Shown: in pieces, positions 10,234 through 21,810 of the stretch
How positions within the stretch are numbered: position 1 is the first letter of the stretch
Layout of the letters: the number at the start of each line of letters is the position of its first letter
Sequence record: PZ445431.1
DNA length: 64,000 bases
Reading direction: 5' to 3' (one strand)
Origin: a phage
Position numbers and translations under genes: made by a program
Notes under the pieces: generated by a model
What the model saw: only the letters and a program-made list of their open reading frames with translations
Databases searched by the model: none
Told to the model about the DNA's origin: nothing

Positions 10234-11133
10234 ATGTACTACTCTCTAATGAGAGAGTCAAAAGTTATAGTTGAGTATGATGGTAGGGCATTTCATTTTG
10301 ATGCCCTATCAAACTATGATATACAGACTTCCTACGAGGAATTCAAGACTCTTCGTAGGACTGTTCATCGTAGAACTAACTATGCAGACTCTATTATAAA
10401 TGCTCAAACCCCCTCTTCTATCTCTCTAGCAGTAAATTTTAGTAATACTCTTACTGAGGCTAACTTCTTTGAATGGTTAGGTTTTGATAGAAAAGGTAAT
10501 ACTTTCTTACTCCCACTATATAGTAGTAATATTGAACCTATTATGTTCAATATCTATATAGTAAACAAAGATAATAACTGTGTATATTTTGAAAACTGTT
10601 ATGTATCTACGGTAGATTTTTCTTTAGATAAGAACATACCAATTCTTAATGTTGGTATTGAGTCTGGGAAATTCTCAGAAGTATCTACATATAGAGAAGC
10701 AGCTTCTATTATACAGGGTGAAGTAATGTCTTACAGCCCAGTAATAGCTTCTACTAATGGCAGCATCTTACCCGGTCTTATTTCTGCCTCTTTATCTTTC
10801 CAGCAGCAGTGCTCCTGGAGAGAAGATAAGAGTGTTTTTGATATAAATAAAATTTATAATAATAAAAGAGCCTATGTAACTGAAATGAATGCTTCGGCAA
10901 CCCTTTCCCTGTACTACTTAAAACGTTTTGCAGGAGATATGGTTTATAATATAGAACCGGATATAGATGTACCTTTAACAATAAGAAATAATAATATTTC
11001 TATAGATTTTCCTTCAGCACGTATTACAAAACGCCTAGAGTTCTCAGATGTGTATAGAGTTGAGTGGGATATTATACCTACTGCTTCTTCATACCCAGTG
11101 AGAATAGATTTCTTTGGAGAAATTAAAAAATGA
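10234..11133 (+). CDS. tail protein (p140-like collar protein)
   Basis: 299-aa ORF after tail tube gene; position and size. Confidence 0.45.
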   Translation: MYYSLMRESKVIVEYDGRAFHFDALSNYDIQTSYEEFKTLRRTVHRRTNYADSIINAQTPSSISLAVNFSNTLTEANFFEWLGFDRKGNTFLLPLYSSNIEPIMFNIYIVNKDNNCVYFENCYVSTVDFSLDKNIPILNVGIESGKFSEVSTYREAASIIQGEVMSYSPVIASTNGSILPGLISASLSFQQQCSWREDKSVFDINKIYNNKRAYVTEMNASATLSLYYLKRFAGDMVYNIEPDIDVPLTIRNNNISIDFPSARITKRLEFSDVYRVEWDIIPTASSYPVRIDFFGEIKK

Positions 11134-11534
11134 TTAATTTAAAAGATATTACTCTTGATACTCGTACTATTACTCTTTCCTACCCAGGTATGCCGAATTT
11201 TAAACTAGAACTTAACTATATGTCTCGTGCTACCTCTAAACGTGTTATTTCTTCTGCTAAACGTGATGAATGGGTTAATGGTACGCTGATACAAGTACAG
11301 GATGATGATAAGTTTATTGAAGCCTTTGTTGATGCAGCTATTAAAGGCTGGACTGGCTTAACTGTTGGTGACGTTGAAAAACTGATGCTGATTGAAACTG
11401 ATGCTGATCCTGAAACTGAAGTTCCTTTTAGCCGCGACAATGCTGTAATGCTTATGCAGAACTCTGCTGCGTTTGATTCTTGGATCAACCAGACAGTGTT
11501 CCACTTAGACACTTTTCGTAGCCCAAAAGCGTAA
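11130..11534 (+). CDS. hypothetical protein, possible tape-measure chaperone
   Basis: 134-aa acidic ORF upstream of tape measure gene. Confidence 0.35.
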   Translation: MINLKDITLDTRTITLSYPGMPNFKLELNYMSRATSKRVISSAKRDEWVNGTLIQVQDDDKFIEAFVDAAIKGWTGLTVGDVEKLMLIETDADPETEVPFSRDNAVMLMQNSAAFDSWINQTVFHLDTFRSPKA

Positions 11535-11595
11535 AGAACTTCTAGATGCTGTTGCTGATTTTGCAGATAAATGTATTAAGAGCTCAGCATCTAAA

Positions 11596-11964
11596 ATGAC
11601 CAAACAACAATATTTAATACTTTGCGAGTCAATGGGTATAGAGCCTGATCCTAAGGCTATGCCCGTTGAACTTGAGGATTTTCCACCTATTGTATCTATT
11701 AGTATGAATATTTATAACAGTCTGATTGACTGTTTCATACCGGGTGACTTTCCTATTTTTATAGGTAAGGATAAAGCTGCATTAGGTGTTTTATTTGATA
11801 TTTATGGGATTACTGATCCTATAGAAAAAGAATTTGTTCTACACATTATCAATATATTTGATGCTAAAGCTGTAGATGCTGCACGTAAACGTGCTGAGAA
11901 GCATAAACCGCAAAACGGGAGGATTCCTAACGTTAAGCCACATGCTAGATCTCGTGCACGGTAA
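11596..11964 (+). CDS. hypothetical protein, possible tail assembly chaperone
   Basis: 122-aa ORF upstream of tape measure gene. Confidence 0.3.
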   Translation: MTKQQYLILCESMGIEPDPKAMPVELEDFPPIVSISMNIYNSLIDCFIPGDFPIFIGKDKAALGVLFDIYGITDPIEKEFVLHIINIFDAKAVDAARKRAEKHKPQNGRIPNVKPHARSRAR

Positions 11965-11999
11965 AATTTTCCTCCAATGGGCGTTCCACGATGAGGCTT

Positions 12000-12030
12000 G
12001 GCTCTGGGTGATTTGCCCAGAGCCTTTTTT
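12000..12030 (+). terminator. rho-independent terminator
   Basis: GGCTCTGGG-TGATTTG-CCCAGAGCC followed by TTTTTT. Confidence 0.7.
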
Positions 12031-12047
12031 ATTGGGAAAAATAAAAC

Positions 12048-15000
12048 ATGACTGATAAGCTAATACGAGAATTACTAATAGACGTTAAACAGAAGGGGGC
12101 AACTCGTACTGCAAAGTCTATTGAAAACGTATCTGATGCGTTGGAAAATGCTGCTGCTGCTTCCGAACTGACAAATGAGCAGTTAGGTAAAATGCCCAAA
12201 ACCCTTTACTCCATTGAGAGGGCAGCTGATAGGGCAGCGAAAAGTCTTACTAAAATGCAAGTTAGTAGGGGTATGGCTGGTATCACTAAATCCATTGATG
12301 GTATTGGTGTTAAGTTAGATGATCTAGCTATTGCAATGATCGAAGTATCTGAGAAGCTAGAGTCTGGATTTACACATGTGGGTAAATCTGTTAAGGCTAT
12401 GGGTAACGATGTAGCTGCTGCAACCGAAAAAGTTCAAGATAGATTATATGATACTAACCGAGCACTAGGCAATACTGCTAGAGGCTTTAACGATACAACT
12501 ACCTCCGCAGGACGTGCTAGTCGTGCAATTGGTAATACTTCTGGTTCAGCACGTGGTGCTACTCGTGATTTCGCAGCTATGGCTAAAGTGGGCGGTAGTT
12601 TGCCTCTTATGTATGCTGCTATCGCATCTAACGTGTTCGTTCTACAATCTGCCTTCGAACAACTTAAGATGGGGGATCAGTTAAACCGTCTTGAGAAGTT
12701 TGGTACTATTGTTGGTACTCAAACAGGTACTCCTGTACAAACTCTAGCTAGATCTCTACAAGAGGCTGCTGGTTATGCAATCTCCTTCGAAGAAGCAATG
12801 AGACAGGCATCCTCTGCTTCTGCATATGGATTTGATGCTGAACAACTTAATAAATTTGGTCTAGTAGCTCGTCGTGCTGCTGCTGTTCTTGGTGTTGATA
12901 TGACTGATGCACTTAACCGTGTAATCAAGGGTGTATCTAAACAAGAAATCGAACTTCTGGACGAACTTGGTGTTACTATTCGTCTTAACGATGCTTACGC
13001 AGACTACGTTAAACAGTTAAATGCTGCTAACACAGGTATTACATATAACGTTAATAGTCTCTCTACTTTCCAGAAGCAACAAGCATATGCTAACGCAGTT
13101 ATCGCTGAATCTACTAAACGTTTCGGCTATCTTGATGATGTACTTCGTGCAACCCCCTGGGAACAGTTTGCTGCTAATGCTGATGCTGCACTGAGAAAGG
13201 TTCAACAGGCTGCTGCTAAGTATTTAGGGCCAGTAATTGATTCTATCAACGCAGTGTTCTATACTTCTCAAGCATCTATCTCGGCCTCTGCTGCTAGAGC
13301 ACAGGAAGAAACTAACCGTCAGATTGACCCAACTAACGTTGGTGCTGTAGCTTTAAGTCTTTCCGCTTCTGAGGAAGGATATAATAAAGCTCTTGATATG
13401 TACAAAGAATCTCTAGAAAAGCGTAATAAGTTAAAAGCTGATCTAGATAAGCGTATGCAGCAAGCAGATGCATCTACAGCAGGGGCTATTCGTTTAGTTG
13501 CTCAAGGTGCACCGGTAGGGTTAGCTGCAGGAGGTTTTGAAGTAGGAGGAGTTCGCATAGGATCTTCTGAAGAAAACCAGAAATTTATTGCAGATACTGC
13601 TGCATTAGCTCTCCAGGTAGAGCGTCTTGATAAGGAAGTAGAGGATTCAACTGGCAATCTTAATGCATGGAAATCGGCATACCAAGCTGCTGGTGCTGCA
13701 GCTGCTAAGGCTAATCCAGAATTCCAGAAGCAAATTAACCTACAGAAAGATGCAAATGACCCTGATGCGGTTTATGACTTCAACTCTGCAACTCTGAAAG
13801 GACTGACAGAACAGCAGAAAGCATATGATCAGGCTAAGAAAACTGCTAGTGATTTAGCTAACGATATCCAGAACATCGCTCAGAATACTAATACTGCGGC
13901 TAAAACTAGTGCATCCTTATCAGATACGATTAAGACTATTGAGTCTCTATCCGCGGGTACTGGTAAAAATGCTGATGAGTATGTTAAGAGCCTGAACTTA
14001 GGGTATAATACTCTTAGTGAGATGAAGACTGCTTCACAAGCTCTTGCTGGTTATGTAAAATTAACTGGTAATGAGACTAAGAATCAGCTAGAAGTTCAGC
14101 AGAAGATTGCCGAAGTGTATAGCCAGACTAAGGACAAAGAGAAAGCACAGGAAGCTGGTAGACGTCTGGAAATCCAACAGTTAGAAGAACAGGAAGCAGC
14201 TCTTAAGCGTGTCCTAGAAACTAACAAGGGTAACAAAGCAATCGAAGGTGAGATAGCTAAGATTCAGCTAGAACGTATCAAGATCACTAACCAGGGTATG
14301 GAAGCTCAGAAGAAGGTTAAGGACTATACCGATAAGATTCTTGGTGTTGATCGTGAAATTGCTCTCCTGAATAACCGTACTATGACAGATACTCAATATC
14401 GTTTAGCTCAGTTGAACCTTGAACTGACTATCGAGAAAGAGAAGTATGTGTGGTACTCCAAGCAGATTGATAAGCAGAAGGAAGCTGAACAATCAAGACG
14501 AGCTCAGGCACAAATTGAACGTGAAATCTGGAAATTCCGTCAGGATCAGCAAAGGGAAATGGCTTCTGGACGTGAAAGAGCTCTTAATATTTCACAGACT
14601 AGCAGAAACGTTACGGGGGAATCTCAGAGACTAACCGAACAGCAAGCTCTGTACCAAAGTTTACTGGAAATTACAAAAGGAAATGCACAAGCTCAGGAAG
14701 AGTATAAGCGTAAAATCCAAGAAACTTCGGCAGCTCTAGCACAGCTTAAGATGCAACGTGATGCTCAGATGCAGCAGCAAGTCACTTCTTCTGTTGGTGG
14801 TGTTTACACTCCAACAACTGGACTGGAAGGAGATGATAAAGCAAATATGGATATGCAGAATAGAATGGCATCCTATGACCAGGCTATTTCTAAGCTGTCT
14901 GAACTGAACTCCGAAGCAACTGCTGTAGCACAAAGCATGGGTAACCTAACTAATGCTATGATCCAGTTTTCACAAGGATCTCTGGATACCACTTCTCTAG

Positions 15001-15755
15001 TAGCGGCTGGTATGCAAACTGTATCTTCAATGATTCAGTATAGTGTTGGTCAACAGGTAAGTGCTATTGATGCAGCTATTGCAGCAGAACAGAAACGTGA
15101 TGGTAAATCTGAGCAATCTAAAGCTAAGATCAAGAAGTTAGAGGCTGAAAAGCTCAAGATCCAGCAAGATGCGGCTAAGAAGCAAATCATTATCCAGACG
15201 GCAGTAGCGGTGATGCAGGCAGCAACAGCTGTTCCGTATCCATTCTCTATTCCTCTGATGGTTGCGGCTGGTTTAGCAGGTGCTATGGCTCTTGCTCAAG
15301 CATCCTCTGCATCTGGTATGTCTTCTATTGGGGACTCTGGTGCTGAGACAGCTGGTTACTTAACTCTTGGAGAGCGCCAGAAGAACGTAGACGTTTCTAT
15401 GTCGGCTAACGCAGGTGAGCTTTCTTATATTCGAGGAGATCAAGGGATTGGTAATGCTAACTCTTTCGTACCCCGTGCAGAAGGTGGTAATATGTATCCT
15501 GGAGTTAGTTACCAGATGGGTGAACATGGTACCGAAGTAATCACTCCTATGGTTCCGATGAAGGCTACTCCTACTGATGAACTCAAAGGATCTTCAAAGG
15601 GTACATCGGGTAGACCTATTGTGCTGAACATCAGTACGATGGATGCGGCTAGCTTCCGAGACTTTGCTTCGAGCAACAGTGCTGCTTTCAGGGATGCCGT
15701 AGAACAGGCTCTTAATGAGAATGGAACCACCCTGAAATCACTTGGTAATTCTTAA
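12048..15755 (+). CDS. tape measure protein (pb2-like)
   Basis: 1235 aa; long alpha-helical Ala/Gln-rich body, hydrophobic segment near C-terminus (VAAGLAGAMALA). Confidence 0.85.
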   Translation: MTDKLIRELLIDVKQKGATRTAKSIENVSDALENAAAASELTNEQLGKMPKTLYSIERAADRAAKSLTKMQVSRGMAGITKSIDGIGVKLDDLAIAMIEVSEKLESGFTHVGKSVKAMGNDVAAATEKVQDRLYDTNRALGNTARGFNDTTTSAGRASRAIGNTSGSARGATRDFAAMAKVGGSLPLMYAAIASNVFVLQSAFEQLKMGDQLNRLEKFGTIVGTQTGTPVQTLARSLQEAAGYAISFEEAMRQASSASAYGFDAEQLNKFGLVARRAAAVLGVDMTDALNRVIKGVSKQEIELLDELGVTIRLNDAYADYVKQLNAANTGITYNVNSLSTFQKQQAYANAVIAESTKRFGYLDDVLRATPWEQFAANADAALRKVQQAAAKYLGPVIDSINAVFYTSQASISASAARAQEETNRQIDPTNVGAVALSLSASEEGYNKALDMYKESLEKRNKLKADLDKRMQQADASTAGAIRLVAQGAPVGLAAGGFEVGGVRIGSSEENQKFIADTAALALQVERLDKEVEDSTGNLNAWKSAYQAAGAAAAKANPEFQKQINLQKDANDPDAVYDFNSATLKGLTEQQKAYDQAKKTASDLANDIQNIAQNTNTAAKTSASLSDTIKTIESLSAGTGKNADEYVKSLNLGYNTLSEMKTASQALAGYVKLTGNETKNQLEVQQKIAEVYSQTKDKEKAQEAGRRLEIQQLEEQEAALKRVLETNKGNKAIEGEIAKIQLERIKITNQGMEAQKKVKDYTDKILGVDREIALLNNRTMTDTQYRLAQLNLELTIEKEKYVWYSKQIDKQKEAEQSRRAQAQIEREIWKFRQDQQREMASGRERALNISQTSRNVTGESQRLTEQQALYQSLLEITKGNAQAQEEYKRKIQETSAALAQLKMQRDAQMQQQVTSSVGGVYTPTTGLEGDDKANMDMQNRMASYDQAISKLSELNSEATAVAQSMGNLTNAMIQFSQGSLDTTSLVAAGMQTVSSMIQYSVGQQVSAIDAAIAAEQKRDGKSEQSKAKIKKLEAEKLKIQQDAAKKQIIIQTAVAVMQAATAVPYPFSIPLMVAAGLAGAMALAQASSASGMSSIGDSGAETAGYLTLGERQKNVDVSMSANAGELSYIRGDQGIGNANSFVPRAEGGNMYPGVSYQMGEHGTEVITPMVPMKATPTDELKGSSKGTSGRPIVLNISTMDAASFRDFASSNSAAFRDAVEQALNENGTTLKSLGNS

Positions 15756-15759
15756 TACT

Positions 15760-15790
15760 GGAGGAGGACTTTATGTCCTCCTTTTCTTTA
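15760..15790 (+). terminator. rho-independent terminator
   Basis: AGGAGGAC-TTTAT-GTCCTCCT stem followed by TTTCTTT. Confidence 0.7.
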
Positions 15791-15808
15791 TGGAAAAATA
15801 AAAATTTC

Positions 15809-15837
15809 TTGATAAAATTTTCCAATCCTATTATAAT
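15809..15837 (+). promoter_or_regulatory. sigma70-like promoter candidate
   Basis: TTGATA - 17 nt - TATAAT upstream of distal tail protein gene. Confidence 0.35.
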
Positions 15838-15863
15838 ATTGTTATTAAGAGGAGAAATTAACT

Positions 15864-16478
15864 ATGAGACTACCAGACCCATACACGAACCCAGAGCTAT
15901 CAGGGTTAGGTTTTGAAAGCGTTAACTTAGTAGACAATGACCCTATGATTCGTGATGAATTACCTAATGGTAAAGTTAGGGAGGTTAAGGTGTCTGCTCA
16001 ATATTGGGGTATTAATATCTCTTATCCAGAATTATTCCCAGATGAATTTGCTAAATTAGACTCATTCATTCTAGATTATAAAAGAACAGGTAGCTATATT
16101 GATGTGTTATTACCACAATATGAAGCTTTCCGAGTTCGTGGTGATACTAGTGCTGTAAATATTCCTGCCGGACAAAAAGGTTCAATAGTTATTATGGACA
16201 CTAAAGGTACACTTCGTGGACTGCCTAAACCAGGCGATTTATTTAAATTGTCCAACCATCCAAAAGTGTACAAAATCACTTCTATCAACACAGCAGGAAA
16301 TACTTGGAATATAAGTGTTTATCCTGATCTATTCATTACTACTACGGGTAGTGAGAAACCGGTATTTAATGGTATTCTGTTTAGAACTAAATTAATGAAC
16401 GGAGACAGTTTTGGCTCTACGTTAAATAGTAATGGTACATATACTGGTATTTCACTTTCCTTGAGGGAAAGTCTATGA
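15864..16478 (+). CDS. distal tail protein (pb9-like)
   Basis: 204-aa ORF between tape measure and baseplate hub genes. Confidence 0.55.
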   Translation: MRLPDPYTNPELSGLGFESVNLVDNDPMIRDELPNGKVREVKVSAQYWGINISYPELFPDEFAKLDSFILDYKRTGSYIDVLLPQYEAFRVRGDTSAVNIPAGQKGSIVIMDTKGTLRGLPKPGDLFKLSNHPKVYKITSINTAGNTWNISVYPDLFITTTGSEKPVFNGILFRTKLMNGDSFGSTLNSNGTYTGISLSLRESL

Positions 16479-19324
16479 AGAAAATTCTTGACAGTGCAAG
16501 AGAGTATCTAAGAACCAATAATAAAATAAAAACTGCATGCCTTATTACTCTTGAATTGCCAAGCTCTACCGGATCAAGTTCTGCGTACATTTATCTTACA
16601 GACTATTTTAGGGATGTAATTTATAATGGTATTCTTTACACATCCGGTAAAGTTAAGTCTATAACAACACATAAACAAAATAGAAAACTTTCCATTGGTA
16701 GCCTTTCTTTTACTATCACAGGTACTGCTGAGGATGAAGTATTAAAACTAGTCCAAAATGGTGTATCCTTCCTAGATAGATCTATTTCAATCCATCAAGC
16801 GGTTATTGATGAAGAAGGTAACATTCTTCCTGTAGATCCAGATACTAATGGTCCTTTACTTTACTTCCGTGGTAAAATCACTGGTGGTGGTATTAAGGAT
16901 AACATTGGTACTTCTGGAGTTAGTACATCTGTTATTACATGGAACTGTTCAAACCAATTCTATGACTTTGATAGAGTAAACGGACGTTTCACAGATGATG
17001 CTGACCATAGGGGACTTGAGATTGTTGCTGGCCAATTAGTTCCATCTAATGGTGCTAAACGACCTGAATATCAAGAGGACTACGGATTCTTTCATGCTAA
17101 CAAGAGTATTTCTATTCTTGCTAAGTATCAGGTTCAGGAAGAACGTTATAAGTTACAATCTAAGAAAAAGTTATTTGGTCTTTCTAGAAGCTATAGCCTA
17201 AAGAAATACTATGAGACTGTAACTAAGGAAGTAGATCTTGATTTTAACTTAGCTGCTAAATTCCTGCCAGTAGTATATGGAGTTCAGAAAATTCCTGGAA
17301 TCCCAGTATTTGCAGATACTGAACTGCATAATCCTAATATCGTATATGTAGTATACGCTTTCTGTGAGGGTGAGATTGATGGGTTCCTAGATTTTTACTT
17401 TGGTGATGTACCAATGATCTGTATTGATCCTAATGATAGTAAGTCTCGTACTTGCTTTGGTACTAAGAAAGTAGCTGGCGATACCATGCAACGTATTGCT
17501 TCTGGTCAACCAAGCTCTGAACCTTCTGTTCATGGACAGGAATATAAGTATAATGATGGTAATGGCGATATCCGTATCTGGACTTATCATGGTAAGGCTG
17601 ATCAATCTGCTGCTGATGTTCTAGTTAACATTGCAAAAGAGAAAGGTTTCTATCTACAGAACATGAATGAGAATGGACCGGAATACTGGGACACTCGTTA
17701 TAAACTGTTAGATACTGCTTATGCTATTGTTCGCTTTACTATTAATGAAAACAGAACAGAAATTCCAGAAGTTAGCGCTGAAGTTCAAGGTAAGAAGATT
17801 AAGATCTATCATTCAGATGGTAGAGTAACTGCTGATAAGACTAGCTTAAATGGTATCTGGCAAACTCTGGACTACCTAACCTCTGACCGCTACGGTGCTA
17901 ATATCACTATTGATCAGTTCCCTCTCCAGCAACTTATTCAAGAAGCAGCTATCCTGGATATCATTGATGAATCCTATCAGGTTTCTTGGCAGCCCTACTG
18001 GAGATACGTTGGATGGACTGATGCTGTAGGAGAGAATAGACAAATAGTTCAAATGAATACTATTCTCGATACCTCTGAGTCAGTATTTAAAAACGTGCAG
18101 GGATTAATAGAGTCTTATGGCGGTGCTATCAACAACTTATCTGGACAGTATAGAATAACTGTTGAGAAGTTCTCAAACACCCCATTAGAGATTGACTTCT
18201 TAGATACCTATGGTGATCTGGAGCTATCAGATACTACTGGTAGAAATAAGTTTAACTCAGTACAAGCCTCTATACTAGATCCCGCATTAAGCTGGAAAAC
18301 TAACTCCATTACATTCTTTAACTCTATATTTAAAGAGCAGGATAAAGGATTAGATAAAAAGCTGCAATTATCCTTTGCAAACATTACTAACTACTACACT
18401 GCACGTAGTTTTGCTGATAGAGAACTTAAAAAGTCTCGTTACTCTCGAACTCTATCTTTCTCTCTACCTTACCATTTCATTGGTATTGAACCCAACGATC
18501 CAGTAGCGTTTACTTATGACCGTTATGGGTGGAATAAGAAATACTTCCTAGTAGATGAGGTTGAGAACTCAAGAGAAGGCAAGATTAATATTACTCTACA
18601 AGAGTATGGAGAAGATGTATTTATTAACTCTGAACAGGTAGATAATAGTGGTAATGATATTCCTGATGTTAGTAATAACGTACTGCCTCCTAGAGACTTT
18701 ATGTATACACCAACACCTGGTGGACAAGTAGGATCTATTGGTAAGAATGGTGAGCTATCTTGGCTTCCTAGCTTAACTAATAACGTTGTTTATTACTCCA
18801 TCGTTCACTCTGGGCATGCTGATCCTTATATAGTACAGCAACTAGAAACTAATCCAAATCTACGAATGATCCAAGAAATTATTGGAGAACCTGCTGGTTT
18901 AGCAGTCTTTGAGATTAGAGCTGTAGATATTAATGGTAGACGAAGTTCTCCTGTAACACTATCGGTAGAACTTAACTCTGCTAAAAACTTAAGCGTCGTT
19001 AGTAATTTCAGGGTTACTAACACAGCTTCAGGAGATGCATCGGAGTTTGTAGGACCAGACGTTAAGTTGGCCTGGGATAGAATTCCAGAAGAAGATATTA
19101 TTGATGGAATCTTCTACACTCTCGAAATCTACGATAACCTAGATCGTTTATTAAGAAGTGTACGAATTGAAGATCAGTATGTCTACGATTATCTACTGAT
19201 ATACAATAAGGCAGACTATGCTCTTCATAACGAGGATGCTCTAGGTATTAATAGGAAGTTACGCTTCCGTATAAGAGCAGAAGGTGATAATGGCGAGCAA
19301 TCTGTGGATTGGGCATCTATTTAA
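16475..19324 (+). CDS. baseplate hub / tail tip protein (pb3-like)
   Basis: 949-aa ORF following distal tail protein gene. Confidence 0.75.
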   Translation: MKKILDSAREYLRTNNKIKTACLITLELPSSTGSSSAYIYLTDYFRDVIYNGILYTSGKVKSITTHKQNRKLSIGSLSFTITGTAEDEVLKLVQNGVSFLDRSISIHQAVIDEEGNILPVDPDTNGPLLYFRGKITGGGIKDNIGTSGVSTSVITWNCSNQFYDFDRVNGRFTDDADHRGLEIVAGQLVPSNGAKRPEYQEDYGFFHANKSISILAKYQVQEERYKLQSKKKLFGLSRSYSLKKYYETVTKEVDLDFNLAAKFLPVVYGVQKIPGIPVFADTELHNPNIVYVVYAFCEGEIDGFLDFYFGDVPMICIDPNDSKSRTCFGTKKVAGDTMQRIASGQPSSEPSVHGQEYKYNDGNGDIRIWTYHGKADQSAADVLVNIAKEKGFYLQNMNENGPEYWDTRYKLLDTAYAIVRFTINENRTEIPEVSAEVQGKKIKIYHSDGRVTADKTSLNGIWQTLDYLTSDRYGANITIDQFPLQQLIQEAAILDIIDESYQVSWQPYWRYVGWTDAVGENRQIVQMNTILDTSESVFKNVQGLIESYGGAINNLSGQYRITVEKFSNTPLEIDFLDTYGDLELSDTTGRNKFNSVQASILDPALSWKTNSITFFNSIFKEQDKGLDKKLQLSFANITNYYTARSFADRELKKSRYSRTLSFSLPYHFIGIEPNDPVAFTYDRYGWNKKYFLVDEVENSREGKINITLQEYGEDVFINSEQVDNSGNDIPDVSNNVLPPRDFMYTPTPGGQVGSIGKNGELSWLPSLTNNVVYYSIVHSGHADPYIVQQLETNPNLRMIQEIIGEPAGLAVFEIRAVDINGRRSSPVTLSVELNSAKNLSVVSNFRVTNTASGDASEFVGPDVKLAWDRIPEEDIIDGIFYTLEIYDNLDRLLRSVRIEDQYVYDYLLIYNKADYALHNEDALGINRKLRFRIRAEGDNGEQSVDWASI

Positions 19325-21382
19325 ATGATTTCGAATAATGCACCAGCCAAGATGGTCTTAAATAGTATTATGACTGGATATACTATGGCGTATATCCAGC
19401 ATTCTATCTATACCGACTACGATGTTATCGGTAGATCATTTTGGCTTAAACTTGGCGAAGAAGTGGATAGAAGAGATTTCACTGGAATCGACACTTTCTT
19501 TGTTATGATCAATAACTTAACTCCCTCAACTACCTATCAGGTTCAGGGAGCTTTTTATGACTCAATTATTGACTCAGAACTTTTAAATGCAAAAATTGGT
19601 ATTAACCTCTCTAATGAAACTAACTTTAAAACAAAAGAGAAGCCAATAATTGTTGCAGCAAGATCTGAGTCAGAACCCGTGGATGTTGGGGTGGGCTCAC
19701 CGATAGTTGTTGTGGAAACAACTGGTGAAGCAAGCTACTGTACTATTGAGTTAAAAAGTACAGCCACTGAAGACAGTCCATGGACTAAATATTACATTGG
19801 GGCTTTAGGTTCTACTATTAAATTTGGTGGAGTTCCTATCGGAGATTATAAGATCAGAATATCTGGTCAAGTAACTATGCCTGATGGTGTTACAGTTGAT
19901 TCTTCTGGATACTATGAATTCCCTAGTATTCTAACTGTAGCTTATAACTTTGTTCCTCCTACCGCACCTATCGATATTGTTTTTAAAGCTGCACGAATTG
20001 CAGATGGTAAAGAACGATATGATGTTAGAATTGAGTGGGATTGGGAACGTGGTGCTGGTGCTAACGTTCGTGAGTTTTTGGTTACTTACATAAACTCCGA
20101 GGAATATGCTAAAACCGGATGGGCTAAAGCTCAAAAGATAAACGTGGGTGCTGCCAGAGCTGCAACAATTATATCATTCCCATGGAAAGTTGAACATACT
20201 TTTAAGGTATCATCAATTGCCTGGGGACCAAATAAACAAGATATAACAGAGTCAGTTCCTGTAACATTTATTCTGAATGAAGATACTCCTCTAGACAACA
20301 GCTTTGTCAATGAGACGGGTATTGATGTTAACTATGCCTTTATTAAAGGCAGCATGAAAGATGGGGAAATCTGGAGACAAACATTCCTAATTGATGCAGC
20401 TACTGGTGCTATTAACATTGGTCTGCTAGATGAAGAAGGTAAAGCACCTATTTCTTTCGACCCTATAAACCGTGTTGTTAACGTTGATGGTAAAGTAATC
20501 ACTAGAGATATTAATGCTGCGAACTTTATCATGACTAACTTATCTGGTAAAGATAACCCAGCAATTTACACTCAAGGTAAATCCTGGGGAGATAATAACT
20601 CTGGTATTTGGATGGGTATGGATAATACCTCTGCCAAAGCTAAGTTAGACATTGGTAATGCTACACAATGGATACGTTATGATGGTACTACTCTGCGTAT
20701 TTCTAGTGGTGTAGTAATTGGAACACCAAATGGTGACGTAGATATTGGTACTGGATTACAGGGTAAACAAACAGTATTTGTTTATAAGTTAGCAACATCT
20801 CTACCAGCTAAACCGCTAGAACAAGATTATCCACCTCCTGGTTGGTCAAAAACTCCACCTAATCGTACAGATATGACACAAAATATCTATGCTACTACGG
20901 GTACACTTGATCCAGTTACTAACAAACTTCTTGAAGGTACTAGCTGGTCTGATGTGGTTCAGTGGAGTGGTACTGAAGGTACTATAGGGCATGATGGACA
21001 GCGTGGTCCTGGGATGTACTCCATGGGTATTCCTGGATTAGGTGGTTGGGATGATGGACAGGCTAATGCATTCTTCCAAAATAACTTTGGAAAACCTCCA
21101 GTTAAATACGATGTCTTAACACAATTTAACAGTAATGCTCCACAAACAGCATTTACCCGCCAATGGAACGGGGCTGGATGGATTAACCCTGCAATGGTTC
21201 TTCATGGCAACATGATTGTTAATGGAACTGTAACTGCTGATAAGATTGTGGCAGGAAATGCCTTCTTATCACAAATAGGTGTTAATATAATCTACGATAG
21301 AAATGCTGCATTATCAGGGAACCCTGAAGCATACTACAAGATGAAGATAGACCTAAATAGTGGGTATATCCATATAAGGTAA
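19325..21382 (+). CDS. central straight fibre protein (pb4-like)
   Basis: 685-aa ORF following hub gene. Confidence 0.65.
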   Translation: MISNNAPAKMVLNSIMTGYTMAYIQHSIYTDYDVIGRSFWLKLGEEVDRRDFTGIDTFFVMINNLTPSTTYQVQGAFYDSIIDSELLNAKIGINLSNETNFKTKEKPIIVAARSESEPVDVGVGSPIVVVETTGEASYCTIELKSTATEDSPWTKYYIGALGSTIKFGGVPIGDYKIRISGQVTMPDGVTVDSSGYYEFPSILTVAYNFVPPTAPIDIVFKAARIADGKERYDVRIEWDWERGAGANVREFLVTYINSEEYAKTGWAKAQKINVGAARAATIISFPWKVEHTFKVSSIAWGPNKQDITESVPVTFILNEDTPLDNSFVNETGIDVNYAFIKGSMKDGEIWRQTFLIDAATGAINIGLLDEEGKAPISFDPINRVVNVDGKVITRDINAANFIMTNLSGKDNPAIYTQGKSWGDNNSGIWMGMDNTSAKAKLDIGNATQWIRYDGTTLRISSGVVIGTPNGDVDIGTGLQGKQTVFVYKLATSLPAKPLEQDYPPPGWSKTPPNRTDMTQNIYATTGTLDPVTNKLLEGTSWSDVVQWSGTEGTIGHDGQRGPGMYSMGIPGLGGWDDGQANAFFQNNFGKPPVKYDVLTQFNSNAPQTAFTRQWNGAGWINPAMVLHGNMIVNGTVTADKIVAGNAFLSQIGVNIIYDRNAALSGNPEAYYKMKIDLNSGYIHIR

Positions 21383-21387
21383 TTATA

Positions 21388-21810
21388 ATGAGTACAGAAA
21401 ACCGAGTTATTGATATTGTTGTTGATGAGAAAGTACCTTATGGTCTTATCATGCAGTTTATGGATGTTGATGACAGTGTATATCCACCAACAGAAGTTCC
21501 TGTTAACTTAACCGGATATTCACTCCGAGGAACTATTAAATCTAGTTTAGATGAGAACGCCGAGGTTCTAGCTAATTTTAAAACTTATGTTATTGATGCT
21601 GCTCAAGGTGCTGCTGCAATTAGTCTTTCCATTGCAGACGTTACTAATATTGGTGAAAAAGCATCTAAAGAACGTGATAAGTATAACCCAAGACAACGTT
21701 TTGCTGGTTATTATGATATCCTAATGACTCGTGATGTAATTGGCTCTGAAGTCAATTCTTTCCGTATTATGGAAGGTAAAGTATACATCAGCGATGGAGT
21801 AACTCAATAA
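21388..21810 (+). CDS. collar protein (p132-like)
   Basis: 140-aa ORF between central fibre and side fibre genes. Confidence 0.45.
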   Translation: MSTENRVIDIVVDEKVPYGLIMQFMDVDDSVYPPTEVPVNLTGYSLRGTIKSSLDENAEVLANFKTYVIDAAQGAAAISLSIADVTNIGEKASKERDKYNPRQRFAGYYDILMTRDVIGSEVNSFRIMEGKVYISDGVTQ

